Part shown: positions 26,409 to 39,218 of the stretch, piece after piece
Layout of the letters: each line of letters begins with the position of its first letter
How positions within the stretch are numbered: the stretch's first letter is position 1
From: Shigella phage ESh15
DNA: 64,000 bases
Sequence record: ON528725
Strand: one strand, 5' to 3'
Made by a program: the position numbers and the translations under genes
Notes under the pieces: generated by a model
Databases searched by the model: none
The model's input: only the letters and a program-made list of their open reading frames with translations
Told to the model about the DNA's origin: nothing

Positions 26409-26702
26409 ATGTCTGGCTTAAGTTACGACAAGTGCGTTACAACAGGTCATGAAGCATGGCCTCCTACTATAATAAATGCTTCCCAATCTAAAGTGTTCAC
26501 CGGCGGTATTCCTGTTCTTGTGGCAGGAGACCAAATAACACCTCATACAGAAATTAAAAAACCATACGAGACTCATGGAGGTGTTACTGAACCTCGTACA
26601 TCTAAAGTATATGTCACCGGTAAAAAAGCCGTTCAAATGGCTGACCCAATTTCATGCGGGGATACTGTTTCTCAGGCCTCGTCAAAAGTCTTTATAAAAT
26701 AG
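26409..26702 (+). CDS. 5.4: gp5.4-like PAAR-type spike tip protein
   Basis: 97 aa from ATG 26409; same length and position as T4 gp5.4. Confidence 0.65.
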   Translation: MSGLSYDKCVTTGHEAWPPTIINASQSKVFTGGIPVLVAGDQITPHTEIKKPYETHGGVTEPRTSKVYVTGKKAVQMADPISCGDTVSQASSKVFIK

Positions 26703-26710
26703 GAATTAAA

Positions 26711-28684
26711 ATGGCAAACACTCCTGTAAATTATCAGTTAGTCAGAACAGCGAATGCTATTCCCGAGATTTTTATCGGGGGCACATTTGCCGAAATCAAA
26801 CAAAACATTATCGAATGGCTCAATGGACAGAACGAATTTCTTGATTATGATTTTGAAGGTTCACGCTTAAACGTATTGTGCGACCTTTTAGCATATAACA
26901 CTCTTTACATCCAACAGTTCAGTAATAGTGCAGTGTATGAAAGTTTTATGCGTACTGCAAACTTGCGTAGTTCTGTTGTACAAGCGGCTCAAGATAACGG
27001 ATATCTGCCTTCATCTAAATCAGCAGCGCAAACAGAAATTATGCTCACATGTACAGATGCATTAAATAGAAACTATATCACCATTCCACGTGGTACTCGT
27101 TTCTTAGCATATGCTAAAGATACTTCTGTTAACCCGTATAACTTTGTTTCTACTGAAGATGTCATTGTAGTTAAAGACAAAAATAACCAATATTTTCCAC
27201 GTCTTCGATTAGCTCAAGGACGTATTGTTCGCACTGAATTAACATTTGATAGATTAAAACCTATCATTATTCGTGATAAGAATATTGACCGTAATTTGGT
27301 TAAGTTGTATGTTGACGGAGCAGAATGGATTAACTGGACTCGTAAGTCGATGGTTCATGCTGGTTCTACATCAACAATCTATTATATGCGTGAAACTGTT
27401 GATGGTAACACCGAATTTTATTTTGGTGAAGGCGAAATCTCTATTAACACATCAGAAGGTGCGTTAACATCTAACTATATTGGTGGCCTTAAACCTGTTC
27501 AGGGTTCTAAAATCGTAATTGAGTATATTTCTACTAATGGCGCAGATGCTAACGGTGCTGTAGGATTTTCTTATGCTGATACATTAGCTAATATCACGGT
27601 AATCGATATTAATGAGAACCCTAGCAATAACCCAGACTTTGTCGGGGCTGATGGTGGCGGTGACCCTGAAGATATTGAACGTATTCGAGAATTAGGCACA
27701 ATTAAACGCGAAACTCAACAACGTTGTGTAACCGCTTCCGACTATGACACATTCGTCTCTGAGCGGTTTGGTTCTATTATTCAAGCAGTTCAAACATTCA
27801 CAGATTCATCTAAACCAGGGTACGCATATATTGCTGCTAAGCCTAAATCTGGATTGTATTTGACTTCTGTTCAACGCGACGACATCAAAAACTATTTAAA
27901 TGATTATAACTTAGGGACTATTACTCCTGTTGTTATTTCGCCTGATTATTTGTTTATCAAAATGAATATCAAAGTTACATACGCGTTGAATAAACTCCAA
28001 GAATCAGAACAATATCTTGAAGGGCAAATTATTAATAAAATTGACCGTTATTATATTGAAGATGTAGAAATTTTTAACTCATCATTTGCAAAATCTAAAA
28101 TGCTAACTTATGTCGATGATGCAGATATTTCTATTATTGGTTCTTCGGCTACTATTCAAATGGTTCGCGAAGTACAGAACTTTTATAAAACGCCTGAGGC
28201 CGGTATTAAATACAATAATCAGATTAAAGATAGATCGATGGAATCTAATATATTCTCGTTTGATTCGCACAGACCTAATCCAGAAAATGCAAACGAAACT
28301 ATTAAATACGGTGTTCGCATAGTATCTTCCGACCGTAATGACCGTGGCATAGGTCAAGTTATTATTGGTCCATTTGCAGACGGTGATGTTGTTGAAAACG
28401 AAAATATACAACCTTATACAGGTGATGATTTTAATAAACTTACTGTTACTGACGGACGAAACAAATACTATTCAATTGGTGAAGTGAATTATCCTGCCGA
28501 TTCGATTTATTGGAACATTGCTAAAATTGACCTCACTTCAGATCGTTTTGAAGTTCAAACAATTGAACTTTATTCAGACCCTGCAGATGATATTATTTTT
28601 ACAAAGGATGGTTCTTTAATCGTATTCGAAAATGACTTACGTCCTCAGTACTTAACTATAGATTTGGAGCCTATTTCACAATGA
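26711..28684 (+). CDS. 6: gp6 baseplate wedge
   Basis: 657 aa from ATG 26711 (MANTPVNYQL as in T4 gp6). Confidence 0.9.
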   Translation: MANTPVNYQLVRTANAIPEIFIGGTFAEIKQNIIEWLNGQNEFLDYDFEGSRLNVLCDLLAYNTLYIQQFSNSAVYESFMRTANLRSSVVQAAQDNGYLPSSKSAAQTEIMLTCTDALNRNYITIPRGTRFLAYAKDTSVNPYNFVSTEDVIVVKDKNNQYFPRLRLAQGRIVRTELTFDRLKPIIIRDKNIDRNLVKLYVDGAEWINWTRKSMVHAGSTSTIYYMRETVDGNTEFYFGEGEISINTSEGALTSNYIGGLKPVQGSKIVIEYISTNGADANGAVGFSYADTLANITVIDINENPSNNPDFVGADGGGDPEDIERIRELGTIKRETQQRCVTASDYDTFVSERFGSIIQAVQTFTDSSKPGYAYIAAKPKSGLYLTSVQRDDIKNYLNDYNLGTITPVVISPDYLFIKMNIKVTYALNKLQESEQYLEGQIINKIDRYYIEDVEIFNSSFAKSKMLTYVDDADISIIGSSATIQMVREVQNFYKTPEAGIKYNNQIKDRSMESNIFSFDSHRPNPENANETIKYGVRIVSSDRNDRGIGQVIIGPFADGDVVENENIQPYTGDDFNKLTVTDGRNKYYSIGEVNYPADSIYWNIAKIDLTSDRFEVQTIELYSDPADDIIFTKDGSLIVFENDLRPQYLTIDLEPISQ

Positions 28685-31600
28685 CAGTAAAAGCGCCAGC
28701 AGTCACAAGTCTCAGAATATCCAAGTTGTCCGCTAACCAAGTTCAAATACGCTGGGATGACGTTGGTGCTAATTTCTACTATTTTGTAGAAATCGCTGAG
28801 ACTAAAACGGCAGACGGGGAAATAATTCCCCCTGCCAGCTATAGATGGATAAATTTAGGATATACTCCTAATAGCAACTGGTTCGAAAGTAGCTTAGACC
28901 CATTAACTTCTTATATTATTCGTGTATCAACTGCCGCCGAAGGCTTCGAGAGATCTGATTGGGTATATACCGAAATATTTGAATCATTTCAGACTAACGC
29001 GTATACATTTCAACATATGATTGAAATGCAATTGGCCAACACTTTTATTAGAGAAAAATTTACAAATAACAACATGGCTTATGTCGATTTTAATAACGAC
29101 ACTATAATGGCAGCTCTAATGAATGAATCGTTCCAATTTAGCCCTGCTTATGCGGATATTTCATCTATTAAAAATTTCATTATTGGCGAAAATGAGTATC
29201 ATGAAATTCAAGGTTCGATTCAACAGGTGTGTCATGATATAAACCGTGTTTATTTGATGGAATCTGAAGGAATTCTTTATTTGTTTGAACGGTATCAGCC
29301 TGTGGTTAAAGTCTCTAATGATAAGGGACAAACCTGGAAATCGGTTAAATTGTTTAATGACCGTGTAGGGTACCCTGTATCAAGAACAGTGTATTACCAG
29401 ACAGATTACACCACGTATGTTCTTGGGTATGATAAATTATTTTACGGCCGTAAATCAACTGACGTTCGTTGGTCTGCTGATGATGTGAGATTTAGTTCTC
29501 AAGATATAACATTTGCTAAAATTGGTGATCAGTTAAATTTAGGATTTGATGTAGAAATATTTGGTAACTACGCATCATTACCTGCTAACGTATCACGTAT
29601 TGCAGAAGCTATCGTTTGTAATGATGATTATGTATATGTTGCTGCTCGAGATAAAGTTCGGTTTATTAAAACTAGTAATGCCCCTATTGATTCAGACCCG
29701 TTATCTCCAACATATTCCGAACGTTTGTTTGAACAAGAAACATTTAACATCACAGGTAACCCTAAGGCAGTTTGTTATAAAATGGATTCTGTCGGTGGTA
29801 AAATATTTGCACTGATTATCGGTGAAGTTGTTAATCTTAACGATGACCCGAGGACTACTCCTATTGTTGATTCTGCTGATAAGGGTATTTACGTTCTAGA
29901 CCATGATGCTGGCACATTTAAACGTGTGTTTGGTAATACTGAAGAAGAACGCCGTCGTATTGAACCAGGGTACACCAGTATGTCTACTGATGGTGTTGAG
30001 TTATCTATTTCATCTAGTAATTTTAAATTTCTAGAATCGGATATTGTTGATGACCAAAAAACACAAGTCAAGTACGGTTTAATCGGTGCTGTTAAATATG
30101 AGTATCCTCGTGAATGGCTGGCTGATAAACATTATCATATGATGGCATTTATTTCAACTGAAGACTCTCAATGGGAATCGTTCACTCCCCAACCAATGGA
30201 ATACTATGCTGAGCCATTCTTTAGTTATTCTAGAAAGTCTGGTACTCGTTGTTGGATTAATAACTCAGACAAGGCCGTTGTAATTTATTCTGATTTACTT
30301 TACACTAAGGTTATTGAGAATCATCCACTTAGTTCTTCAGACCGTGAAGTTCATGAATATTGGAAGGACGGTGACTGTACAATAGTGATGCCTAACGTAG
30401 ATTTCACTGGATTTAAAAAATATGCTTCCGGTATGATTTTCTATAAATCATCAGGTGAGATTATTTCTTATTATGATTTTAGTTATCGTGTTAGAGATAA
30501 TGTTTCTATAATTTGGAAGCCTACTAATATATTCTTAACAGCATCATTACAAAACCAAGAAAAAGATACCACATGGACTCCTGTAGAAGAGAACGGTATT
30601 GCAGACCCGGATTTACGACCATTGCTCACTACAATGATGCCAGAGTCTTATCTTTTAGATAATACAAACTTTGAAGCATTCTGCGAGGCTTATATTCAGT
30701 ATCTTTCTGACGGTTATGGGACCCATTATAACAACCTTTTAAATCTTATTAAAAATCAATATCCGCGAGAAGAACATGCGTGGGAATACTTATGGTCTGA
30801 GATTTATAAACGAAACATTTACTTAAACGCCGAAAAACGCGATTTAGTGTCTCGTTTCTTTGAATCAAGAAGTTATGACTTCTATTCAACTAAAGGAACT
30901 GAAGCATCATATAAATTCTTGTTTAAAGTGCTTTATAACGAAGATGTTGAAATTGAAATTGAATCTAGTTCCGGGACCGAATATGATATCATCATTGAAT
31001 CTGATTCGTTGACAGAAGATTTGGTCGGACAAACCATATACACCGCGACAGGACGTTGTAATGTGACGTATATCGAGAGAAGTTACTCTAAAGGTAAATT
31101 ACAATGGACCGTAACAATTCACAACCTCTTAGGTCGTTTAATCCAAGGACAGGAAGTTAAAGCTGAAAGACTCCCTGGTTTTGAAGGTGAAATTGTTCGT
31201 GGTATTAAAGGTAAAGAGCTTTCTCAGAACAACATCGATTATATAAATCGTGGTAGAGCATACTACGTAATGAAGATTAAATCTAAACTTCCATCGTCTC
31301 GTTGGAAATCAGACGTATTACGTTTTGTTCATCCGGTTGGATTTGGATTTATCGCAATTACCCTTCTCACAATGTTTATTAACACCGGATTAACACTTAA
31401 ACATGTTGAAACCATTATTAATAAATACAAAAACTATAAGTGGGATTCTGGATTACCGACTAAATATGCAGACCGAGTGGCTAAATTAGACCCACAAGGA
31501 AATGTTGAGTTTGACCCTATTACAGGTAAAGCGATATATGAAATAGGCCCTATGGCTGGTCAAGATTATCCATTGCCTGAAGATTATAACGCTGAAAACA

Positions 31601-31779
31601 ATAACTCCATATTTCAAGGTCAACTTCCATCGGAACGACGTAAACTGATGAGCCCATTATTTGATGCGTCCGGAACAACATTCTCTAGATTTAGAGATTT
31701 AGTTGAACAACGGTTAATCGATAATGTAGGAAATCCAAGAGACCCCGTGAATCCACCACAGGTTAAATTAGATGAATGA
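28681..31779 (+). CDS. 7: gp7 baseplate wedge
   Basis: 1032 aa, identical length to T4 gp7; synteny. Confidence 0.9.
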   Translation: MTVKAPAVTSLRISKLSANQVQIRWDDVGANFYYFVEIAETKTADGEIIPPASYRWINLGYTPNSNWFESSLDPLTSYIIRVSTAAEGFERSDWVYTEIFESFQTNAYTFQHMIEMQLANTFIREKFTNNNMAYVDFNNDTIMAALMNESFQFSPAYADISSIKNFIIGENEYHEIQGSIQQVCHDINRVYLMESEGILYLFERYQPVVKVSNDKGQTWKSVKLFNDRVGYPVSRTVYYQTDYTTYVLGYDKLFYGRKSTDVRWSADDVRFSSQDITFAKIGDQLNLGFDVEIFGNYASLPANVSRIAEAIVCNDDYVYVAARDKVRFIKTSNAPIDSDPLSPTYSERLFEQETFNITGNPKAVCYKMDSVGGKIFALIIGEVVNLNDDPRTTPIVDSADKGIYVLDHDAGTFKRVFGNTEEERRRIEPGYTSMSTDGVELSISSSNFKFLESDIVDDQKTQVKYGLIGAVKYEYPREWLADKHYHMMAFISTEDSQWESFTPQPMEYYAEPFFSYSRKSGTRCWINNSDKAVVIYSDLLYTKVIENHPLSSSDREVHEYWKDGDCTIVMPNVDFTGFKKYASGMIFYKSSGEIISYYDFSYRVRDNVSIIWKPTNIFLTASLQNQEKDTTWTPVEENGIADPDLRPLLTTMMPESYLLDNTNFEAFCEAYIQYLSDGYGTHYNNLLNLIKNQYPREEHAWEYLWSEIYKRNIYLNAEKRDLVSRFFESRSYDFYSTKGTEASYKFLFKVLYNEDVEIEIESSSGTEYDIIIESDSLTEDLVGQTIYTATGRCNVTYIERSYSKGKLQWTVTIHNLLGRLIQGQEVKAERLPGFEGEIVRGIKGKELSQNNIDYINRGRAYYVMKIKSKLPSSRWKSDVLRFVHPVGFGFIAITLLTMFINTGLTLKHVETIINKYKNYKWDSGLPTKYADRVAKLDPQGNVEFDPITGKAIYEIGPMAGQDYPLPEDYNAENNNSIFQGQLPSERRKLMSPLFDASGTTFSRFRDLVEQRLIDNVGNPRDPVNPPQVKLDE

Positions 31780-32776
31780 TTCAAGTGTTATCTATCGTGC
31801 AATAGTTACATCAAAATTTAGAACAGAGAAAATGCTGAATTTTTATAATTCAGTCGGGGATGGAGATGATAAGAACTCCATTTATATTACGTTTGGACGT
31901 TCAGAGCCTTGGGCGTCAAATGAAAATGAGGTGGGCTTCGCCCCACCTTATCCTACAGATTCTGTTCTTGGTGTTACTGATATGTGGACCCATATGATGG
32001 GCACCGTTAAAGTTTTACCTTCAATGTTAGATTCTGTTATTCCTAGACGTGATTGGGGAGATGTGCGATATCCGGACCCTTACACGTTTAGAATTAACGA
32101 TATAGTCGCGTGTAATACTGCTCCGTACAACGCGACAGAAGTTGGAGCCGGTTGGTTAATTTACCGTTGTTTAGACGTCCCTGACGTAGGGCTCTGTTCA
32201 ATAGAATCTTTAGATAATAAAGATGAATGTCTTAAATTAGGTGGTAAATGGACCCCGTCTGTTCGTTCTATGTCTCCTCCTGAAGGCAGAGGCGATGCTA
32301 ATGGGGTTATCGAAACCGGTGATGGATATATTTGGGAATACCTTTATGAGATTCCTGCCGATGTGTCAATTAACCGTTGCACTAATGAATATCTTGTAGT
32401 TCCATGGCCGGAAGAAATTAAAGAAGACCCTACGCGTTGGGGATACGAAAATAACTTAACTTGGCAACAAGATGACTATGGCTTGATTTACCGTGTTAAA
32501 GCCAATACGATGCGGTTTAAAGCATATTTTGATTCTGTTTATTTCCCTGAGGCAGCTTTGCCTGGTAACAAGGGTTTTAGACAGATATCAATTATCACAA
32601 ACCCATTAGAAGCTAAGAAAAATCCAAATGACCCTAATGTTAAAGCAGAAAAGGATTATTACGACCCTAGAGACCTGCAACGTCATTCCGGTGAAATGAT
32701 TTATATGGAAAACCGACCACCTGTTATTATGGCAATGGACCAAACAGAAGAAATTAACATTTTGTTTATGTTTTAA
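31772..32776 (+). CDS. 8: gp8 baseplate wedge
   Basis: 334 aa as T4 gp8; synteny. Confidence 0.9.
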   Translation: MNDSSVIYRAIVTSKFRTEKMLNFYNSVGDGDDKNSIYITFGRSEPWASNENEVGFAPPYPTDSVLGVTDMWTHMMGTVKVLPSMLDSVIPRRDWGDVRYPDPYTFRINDIVACNTAPYNATEVGAGWLIYRCLDVPDVGLCSIESLDNKDECLKLGGKWTPSVRSMSPPEGRGDANGVIETGDGYIWEYLYEIPADVSINRCTNEYLVVPWPEEIKEDPTRWGYENNLTWQQDDYGLIYRVKANTMRFKAYFDSVYFPEAALPGNKGFRQISIITNPLEAKKNPNDPNVKAEKDYYDPRDLQRHSGEMIYMENRPPVIMAMDQTEEINILFMF

Positions 32777-32779
32777 TTA

Positions 32780-32804
32780 GGGAGCCTTCGGGCTCCCATT
32801 TTTG
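32780..32804 (+). terminator. rho-independent terminator after gene 8
   Basis: gggagcc-ttcg-ggctccc followed by ATTTTTG. Confidence 0.7.
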
Positions 32805-32808
32805 TATC

Positions 32809-32816
32809 TATAAATA
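32809..32816 (+). promoter_or_regulatory. late promoter TATAAATA for gene 9
   Basis: exact TATAAATA 33 nt upstream of the gene 9 ATG. Confidence 0.7.
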
Positions 32817-32848
32817 GAATATAATATCGGACAACAAAAGGCAGAATT

Positions 32849-33721
32849 ATGGCATTTTTTAAGCAAACTCCTAAACAATTAATCGATACCGGCGAAATTG
32901 GTAATGCCTCAACAGGTGATATCTTATTCGACGGTGGTAATAAAATAAATGACGATATCAACGCTATTTACAATGCATTTGGCGATCAACGTAAAATGGC
33001 CGTAGCAGATGGAACCGGACCTACAGGTCAAACTATTCATGCCACAGGTTATTATCAAAAAGGAAAGGCGGCCGATTATCAAACTCCTATTAAACCAGGC
33101 ACTATGCATGATATTGATGCTTCTGATGGTGGTGTGATTGTTATTATTGACCGTCCTGAATTAGGTGACTCTGTAGAATTCATAAACTCTAATGGGTCTA
33201 TTTCTGTTAACAATCCTTTAAGTATCCAAGTAACCGATGGTTCAATTAAAGGTGTTCTTAATAATCTTGTTATTTCCACACCTTATACCCATGTTGTTCT
33301 TCGTTGTGTTGAAATTAATGGGCCGACTTCAGTATGGAATTATTCTACTGATAGCATGTTTGGACAGAAAGAATCTCCTGTTGATGGGACTTGGAGTCTT
33401 ACAGGAAACACAGTTTCTATTCCTCTGTTTTATCGCACGGATTATAACATGGCTAAATTGCTTGTTACATGCCAATCCGCTGACGGTAGAAAAATAAAAA
33501 CATGCGAAATAAATATTCTAATAGATACAATTAACTCAGAAGTTCTTTCTACCGAATTTGCAGTAATGCGAGTTGGTAATGTAGATGAAACCGACGAGAT
33601 TGCTAATATTAGCTTTAGTATTATTAACAACTTTGCTACTATGACGATTACATCCGATATTATTGGATTACGTTCAGCAGTTAAAATTATCTCAACTCAG
33701 AAAATTGGGGTCGCTCAATAA
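32849..33721 (+). CDS. 9: gp9 baseplate protein (long tail fibre socket)
   Basis: 290 aa; synteny. Confidence 0.85.
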   Translation: MAFFKQTPKQLIDTGEIGNASTGDILFDGGNKINDDINAIYNAFGDQRKMAVADGTGPTGQTIHATGYYQKGKAADYQTPIKPGTMHDIDASDGGVIVIIDRPELGDSVEFINSNGSISVNNPLSIQVTDGSIKGVLNNLVISTPYTHVVLRCVEINGPTSVWNYSTDSMFGQKESPVDGTWSLTGNTVSIPLFYRTDYNMAKLLVTCQSADGRKIKTCEINILIDTINSEVLSTEFAVMRVGNVDETDEIANISFSIINNFATMTITSDIIGLRSAVKIISTQKIGVAQ

Positions 33722-35526
33722 TGAAACAAAATATTAAAATTGGTAACGTCGTTGATGACGGACAAGGCGATTACCTTCGTCGAGGTGGTGAAAAAATAAA
33801 TGAGAACTTTGACGAAATCTATTATGAATTAGGTGATGGTGAAGTTCCTTATGCAGCTGGTGCATGGAAGACCTATGATGCGGCTGATGGTCTTAATCTT
33901 AAGGCGGCTTGGGGTAAATCTTATGCAATTAATACTACTTCTGGACGGGTTTCGGTAAATCTTCCTAAAGGGACAATTGCAGACTATAATAAAGTTATTC
34001 GTGCTCGTGACGTATTTGCAACTTGGAACATTAACCCTGTTACTTTAATTCCGGCAAACGGAGACACGATTAAAGGTTCTTCATCTCCGGTAGAAATTAA
34101 CGTTCAGTTCTCTGATTTAGAATTAGTTTATTGTGCTCCTGGACGTTGGGAATACATCAAGAACAAACAAATTGATAAAATAGTTAGCTCTGACATTAGT
34201 AATGTTGCTCGTAGAGAATATCTGGTTGAAACCCAAGGCCAGACCGATTTCATGGATGTTTTTAATGGGACCTCTTATAACGTTAACAACATTCGCGTAA
34301 AACATCGTGGCAACGAATTGTATTATGGTGATGTATTCAGTGATAATAGTGATTTTGGTTCTCCAGGCGCTAATCCTGGTGAGCTGGTTGCACTTGATGG
34401 ATTTAATATTAGATTACGCCAACCATGTAATGTTGGGGACACTGTACAAATTGAGACATTCCTAGATGGTGTTTCTCAGTGGCGTAGTTCATATACTCGT
34501 CGCCAAGTTCGCATTTTAGATAGTAAATTGACTGCTAAAAAGTCTATTGATGGAAGTATTTACGTCACTGATTTGAGTACGTTCCGATCTATTCCATTTA
34601 CAGCATTTGGTATTAATCCTACAGAACCACCTAACCCGAATTCATTAGAAGTTCGCTTCAATGGTATTCTCCAAGAATTAGCTGGTACTGTTGGAACTCC
34701 TATTTTCCGTTGTGAAGGTGTAGATGCTGATTCTGAAGAGTCATGCGCTAATCTCGGTGGGACATGGACTCAATCGTATACAGATTATGCGATTGAATAT
34801 ACTGATAATATCCCTAGCGCAATTCTGTTTGACCGTCAATTTGAAGACCAAGACATTATTACCATCACATGGTTTAATAACGATTTAGGAACTCTTCTTG
34901 AAATGGAAGAAATCCTTGATGTCGCTGATGAGAAATATGTTTCTCAAGGGTCTAACATTGAAATTACTGGTGATGTTGCATTAACCGATTTCGATAAAAT
35001 TGGATGGCCTAATGTAGAACCTGTTCCTAAGTATGAACGTGAATTCTCGACTATCTCAGCAATATTTGATACAATTTATCCTGTCGGGACTATTTACGAA
35101 AATGCGGTTAACCCTAATAATCCGGCCACTTATTTAGGTTTTGGTTCGTGGAAAATTTGGGGACAAGGCAAAGTATTAGCAGGTTGGAATGATGACGCGT
35201 CGGATCCTAATTTTGCATTAAATAATAATGACCTTGACATCAATGGTAACCCTACTCATACCGCAGGTGGTACCGTTGGTGTAACAACCATCACATTAGA
35301 AAATGCTGATTTACCAGCTACGCAAACCGATGAAAAGGTTCTTATTTCTGATGATAATGGTACAGTAATTATAGGCGGTTGCCAATATGACCCGGATGCA
35401 GAAGGTCCTATTTACACTAAATATCGTGAAGACCATGCAAAGACTAATGGATCTCATGTTCCAGCGCGTTCTATAACTAATATTCAGCCATCTATAACTG
35501 TATACCGTTGGGTAAGGATTGCATAA
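33721..35526 (+). CDS. 10: gp10 baseplate wedge
   Basis: 601 aa; synteny. Confidence 0.85.
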   Translation: MKQNIKIGNVVDDGQGDYLRRGGEKINENFDEIYYELGDGEVPYAAGAWKTYDAADGLNLKAAWGKSYAINTTSGRVSVNLPKGTIADYNKVIRARDVFATWNINPVTLIPANGDTIKGSSSPVEINVQFSDLELVYCAPGRWEYIKNKQIDKIVSSDISNVARREYLVETQGQTDFMDVFNGTSYNVNNIRVKHRGNELYYGDVFSDNSDFGSPGANPGELVALDGFNIRLRQPCNVGDTVQIETFLDGVSQWRSSYTRRQVRILDSKLTAKKSIDGSIYVTDLSTFRSIPFTAFGINPTEPPNPNSLEVRFNGILQELAGTVGTPIFRCEGVDADSEESCANLGGTWTQSYTDYAIEYTDNIPSAILFDRQFEDQDIITITWFNNDLGTLLEMEEILDVADEKYVSQGSNIEITGDVALTDFDKIGWPNVEPVPKYEREFSTISAIFDTIYPVGTIYENAVNPNNPATYLGFGSWKIWGQGKVLAGWNDDASDPNFALNNNDLDINGNPTHTAGGTVGVTTITLENADLPATQTDEKVLISDDNGTVIIGGCQYDPDAEGPIYTKYREDHAKTNGSHVPARSITNIQPSITVYRWVRIA

Positions 35527-36185
35527 TGACTGTACTTAATACAAAGGCGGGAGTTATTTCCCGTCATGCTGATTTTTTGAATTACAGAAAAAATCCAGCT
35601 CAAATTGATGTTTTAAACAACCAAGCTGTAGGTTCCGTGACTATTTCTCAGTTAGCTCGTGGTTTTTATGATGCTAACGTAGAATCTGCAATAAATGATG
35701 TCCATAATATGGCACGAGCTGATATTGGTACTGTTATCACAAACACTTCAGGCATATCGCCTGAAGGTACAGCACAAGTTGATTATTGGACTTTTTCTGG
35801 TGATGTTCTCGACGATACTTTGGCCCCTGGAACACCGGTCGTTATTAACGTATTTGGACTTGCTGTTAAAGCAACAATCGGTATGACTGATAACGAATTA
35901 ACTGCACAAGTTCGTATAGCTTTACAAGAAGCCATTGCTAATCAAATCGCTATTTCTTCTTATAAAGACCATCCGTCCGAAGGTAATAAACTTCAGGTGA
36001 CATATTTAGATAACCAACGTCATGTGTTGCCAACATACGCTTCGTTTGGTGTAACAATTTCGCAAGAAATTTTGTCTGAAGCAAAATCTGGGTACGGAAC
36101 ATGGAATTTATTGGGTGCCCAAACGGTTACTCTCGATAACCATAATACTCCTACCGTTTTCTACCACTTTGTGAGAGCCTCATGA
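35526..36185 (+). CDS. 11: gp11 baseplate wedge (short tail fibre attachment)
   Basis: 219 aa from ATG 35526; M(T/S)(V/L)LN(T/N)KAGVISR as in T4 gp11. Confidence 0.9.
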   Translation: MTVLNTKAGVISRHADFLNYRKNPAQIDVLNNQAVGSVTISQLARGFYDANVESAINDVHNMARADIGTVITNTSGISPEGTAQVDYWTFSGDVLDDTLAPGTPVVINVFGLAVKATIGMTDNELTAQVRIALQEAIANQIAISSYKDHPSEGNKLQVTYLDNQRHVLPTYASFGVTISQEILSEAKSGYGTWNLLGAQTVTLDNHNTPTVFYHFVRAS

Positions 36186-37765
36186 GTAATAACAATACAT
36201 ACCAACACGTTTCAAACGAATCCATTTACGTTGAATTCGACCCTGTAGGGTCGAATTTTCCAGATACGGTCACTAATGTCCAAGCCGCATTAGCTGCTAT
36301 TTCTCCTTCAGGTGTTAATGGTGTACCGGAAGCAACAACTACTACACCAGGAATTATTCAAATAGCTACTCCACAAGAAGTTATTGATGGATTAGATAAT
36401 AGTAAAGCTGTTACTCCGGCAACACTGAATGCTCGTCTACAATATCCTAATGCAACCGAAACTCAATATGGCTTAACTCGTTATGCTACTGAAGATGAAG
36501 CAGTAACCGGAGCTATTGACGATGCATCAATTACTCCGCTTAAATTGAATCAAAAAATAGACAATGTATTTCAGACAAAAGTGTCAACAGAAGCAACAAA
36601 TGGTGTAATTAAAATTTCAACTTCTGCTGCGGCATTAGCTGGTTCTGATGATACAACGGCAATGACTCCGTTAAAAACGCAACAATTAGCAATTAAACTT
36701 ATTTCGCAAATTGCTCCAAATAATAGTGACGCCACCGAATCTATTACCGGTGTTGTTCGTTTAGCTACAGTTGCACAAGCACAACAAGGCACCCTGCGTG
36801 AAGGCTATGCAATTTCACCTTATACCTTTATGAATTCAGTAGCATCAGAAACTAATAAAGGCGTCGTTAAACTAGGGACACAGACTGAAGTAAATAGTAA
36901 CAACTCTTCAGTTGTAGTGACCGGCGCAACATTAAATGGGCGTGGAGCTACAACTTCTTTACGTGGAGTTGTTCGTTTAACTACACAAGCAGGTAGTCAA
37001 TCAGGTGGTGATGGTTCTTCAGCCCTTGCTTGGAATGCTGATGTTATCCACCAACGAGGCGGACAAACTATTAATGGCACGCTTCGCATTAATAATACGT
37101 TGACGGTTGGTTCTGGTGGAGCTAATATAACTGGTACTGTCAACATGACCGGTGGTTATATTCAGGGCAATCGTATTGTGACTCAAAATGAATTAGACCG
37201 AATTCTTCCAGTCGGTGCTATTACAATGTGGGCAGCAGATAGTTTACCGAGTTCTGACTGGCGCTTCTGTCATGGTGGGACCGTTTCTGCTTCAGAATGT
37301 CCGGTATATGCTTCCAGAATTGGGACCCGATATGGTGGTAGCTCTTCTAACCCGGGCTTGCCTGATATGCGTGGATTATTTGTTCGCGGCTCAGGTCGTG
37401 GTAACCATTTAACTAACCCTAATGTTAATGGTAATGACCAATTTGGTAAACCTCGTCTGGCGGTAGGTTGTACCGGTGGATATGTTGGTGAAGTGCAAAA
37501 ACAACAGATGTCATATCATAAGCATGCTGGTGGTTTTGGCGAACATGATGATTCCGGTGCATTTGGTAATACTCGACGTTCAAACTTTGTTGGTACTCGT
37601 AAAGGACTTGACTGGGATAACCGTTCATATTTTACTAACGACGGATATGAAATTGATCCAGCGTCTCAGCGTAACTCTAAATATACCATGAATCGTCCAG
37701 AATTAATTGGAAATGAAACTCGTCCATGGAATATTTCTTTAAACTATATTATTAAGGTAAAATAA
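36182..37765 (+). CDS. 12: gp12 short tail fibre
   Basis: 527 aa as in T4 gp12. Confidence 0.85.
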   Translation: MSNNNTYQHVSNESIYVEFDPVGSNFPDTVTNVQAALAAISPSGVNGVPEATTTTPGIIQIATPQEVIDGLDNSKAVTPATLNARLQYPNATETQYGLTRYATEDEAVTGAIDDASITPLKLNQKIDNVFQTKVSTEATNGVIKISTSAAALAGSDDTTAMTPLKTQQLAIKLISQIAPNNSDATESITGVVRLATVAQAQQGTLREGYAISPYTFMNSVASETNKGVVKLGTQTEVNSNNSSVVVTGATLNGRGATTSLRGVVRLTTQAGSQSGGDGSSALAWNADVIHQRGGQTINGTLRINNTLTVGSGGANITGTVNMTGGYIQGNRIVTQNELDRILPVGAITMWAADSLPSSDWRFCHGGTVSASECPVYASRIGTRYGGSSSNPGLPDMRGLFVRGSGRGNHLTNPNVNGNDQFGKPRLAVGCTGGYVGEVQKQQMSYHKHAGGFGEHDDSGAFGNTRRSNFVGTRKGLDWDNRSYFTNDGYEIDPASQRNSKYTMNRPELIGNETRPWNISLNYIIKVK

Positions 37766-39213
37766 TGGCTGATATAACTCTGGTAGATTTACCATATGTT
37801 GACGGCCCGCCAGACGCGGGTCAGAGTCGTATTGAATGGATTAAAAACGATGAAGAAATAACAGGTGCTGACACAAAATACGGTTCTGAAGGTGTAATGA
37901 ACCGTCCTATTGTTGAAGTTCAACGTAACGTAGAAGCGTTAGATGTTAATATTAAAACTATAGCATCTTCTTTGAATACAGCCAATGAAGATATTAAAGT
38001 TATTCAAGGTATTTTAGATGTTTCTGGGGATGTTGATGCTCTTGCACAGATAGGCCAGAACACCCAAGATATTGATGTCATTAAAGTCACAGTTCAAACC
38101 CATGCTAGTGAATTGAATGATTTGAATGAACATATTGATGCGAATACTGATGATATTGGTGTTTATAATCAGGAAACAGATTCAGTTTATAGAACGGTTC
38201 GTAACGACCTGCTTTGGATTAAAAATGAATTAGGACAATATACTGGTCAAGATATTAATGGTGTTCCTACTCCAGGAAATGATAGTACTGGTATGAAACG
38301 CCGTATTATGACTAATAGCTCTGTAATTGTTGACCACGGTGTTCGATTAACCGATTTAGAAACTAAATTTGCCGATTCTGATGTTGGCTCTTTAACTATT
38401 GAAGTCGAACACTTGCGCGAAGAAATGGGACCTCGTACTTCTTTCACTACTCCAGTGTTTAGTCGTCTTTCCGGTATTGATTTAACTTTGTCGCGTCAAA
38501 ATGCTGACTTGGACGGCATTAAACAGTCTATTGGGTATCCTAATACGACTTCTATTATTACTACCACTAATGCAAATAGCTCAGCAATAAATGACATTAA
38601 TCTTGAGCTCAATCAATCTGGTGGTATTAAACCTCGTTTGACTACAGTAGAAACTGCCATTGGCTCTGATGATTTACCTACTACAATCCAAGGACGTATT
38701 AAACTCAATACTGATGCTATCGGAGCATTGAATACTGTTGTCGGCTCTGATTCTTCATCGGGATTGCGTTTTAATGTGTCATGGTTAAATAACGTAGTTG
38801 GTGTTGACGCTTCAGGTGGGAAACCGGAACCAGACGGCTCTTTGCTTTATCGTACTCGAGAGCTTGAAGGAACTATCAGTGGGATGAGTAATGACATTCA
38901 GAACATTCAAACTGATGTTGGGACTAATTCCACAGGAATTAAGGGTTCTGTAAACACATTAAATACTCTTATAAATGGCACCAACCCAAATGGTTCGACT
39001 GTTGAAGAACGTGGTATATTGCCTACAGTTAAAAGTCATGATACGACAATTAATAGTTTAACTTCTAGAATTGCTACTCTTGAAACTGATTTGGCCGCTG
39101 CAGAAGCTGAAATCCAAACTCTTAAGGAAGCTGGATATATTGAAGATGCTCCTTCAGACGGTAAATTCTATGTTCGCAAAGATGGTGCATGGGTTGAACT
39201 TCCTACAGCTTAA
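37765..39213 (+). CDS. wac: fibritin (whisker antigen control)
   Basis: 482 aa coiled-coil with C-terminal foldon-like GYIEDAPSDGKFYVRKDGAWVELPTA. Confidence 0.9.
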   Translation: MADITLVDLPYVDGPPDAGQSRIEWIKNDEEITGADTKYGSEGVMNRPIVEVQRNVEALDVNIKTIASSLNTANEDIKVIQGILDVSGDVDALAQIGQNTQDIDVIKVTVQTHASELNDLNEHIDANTDDIGVYNQETDSVYRTVRNDLLWIKNELGQYTGQDINGVPTPGNDSTGMKRRIMTNSSVIVDHGVRLTDLETKFADSDVGSLTIEVEHLREEMGPRTSFTTPVFSRLSGIDLTLSRQNADLDGIKQSIGYPNTTSIITTTNANSSAINDINLELNQSGGIKPRLTTVETAIGSDDLPTTIQGRIKLNTDAIGALNTVVGSDSSSGLRFNVSWLNNVVGVDASGGKPEPDGSLLYRTRELEGTISGMSNDIQNIQTDVGTNSTGIKGSVNTLNTLINGTNPNGSTVEERGILPTVKSHDTTINSLTSRIATLETDLAAAEAEIQTLKEAGYIEDAPSDGKFYVRKDGAWVELPTA

Positions 39214-39218
39214 TGAAA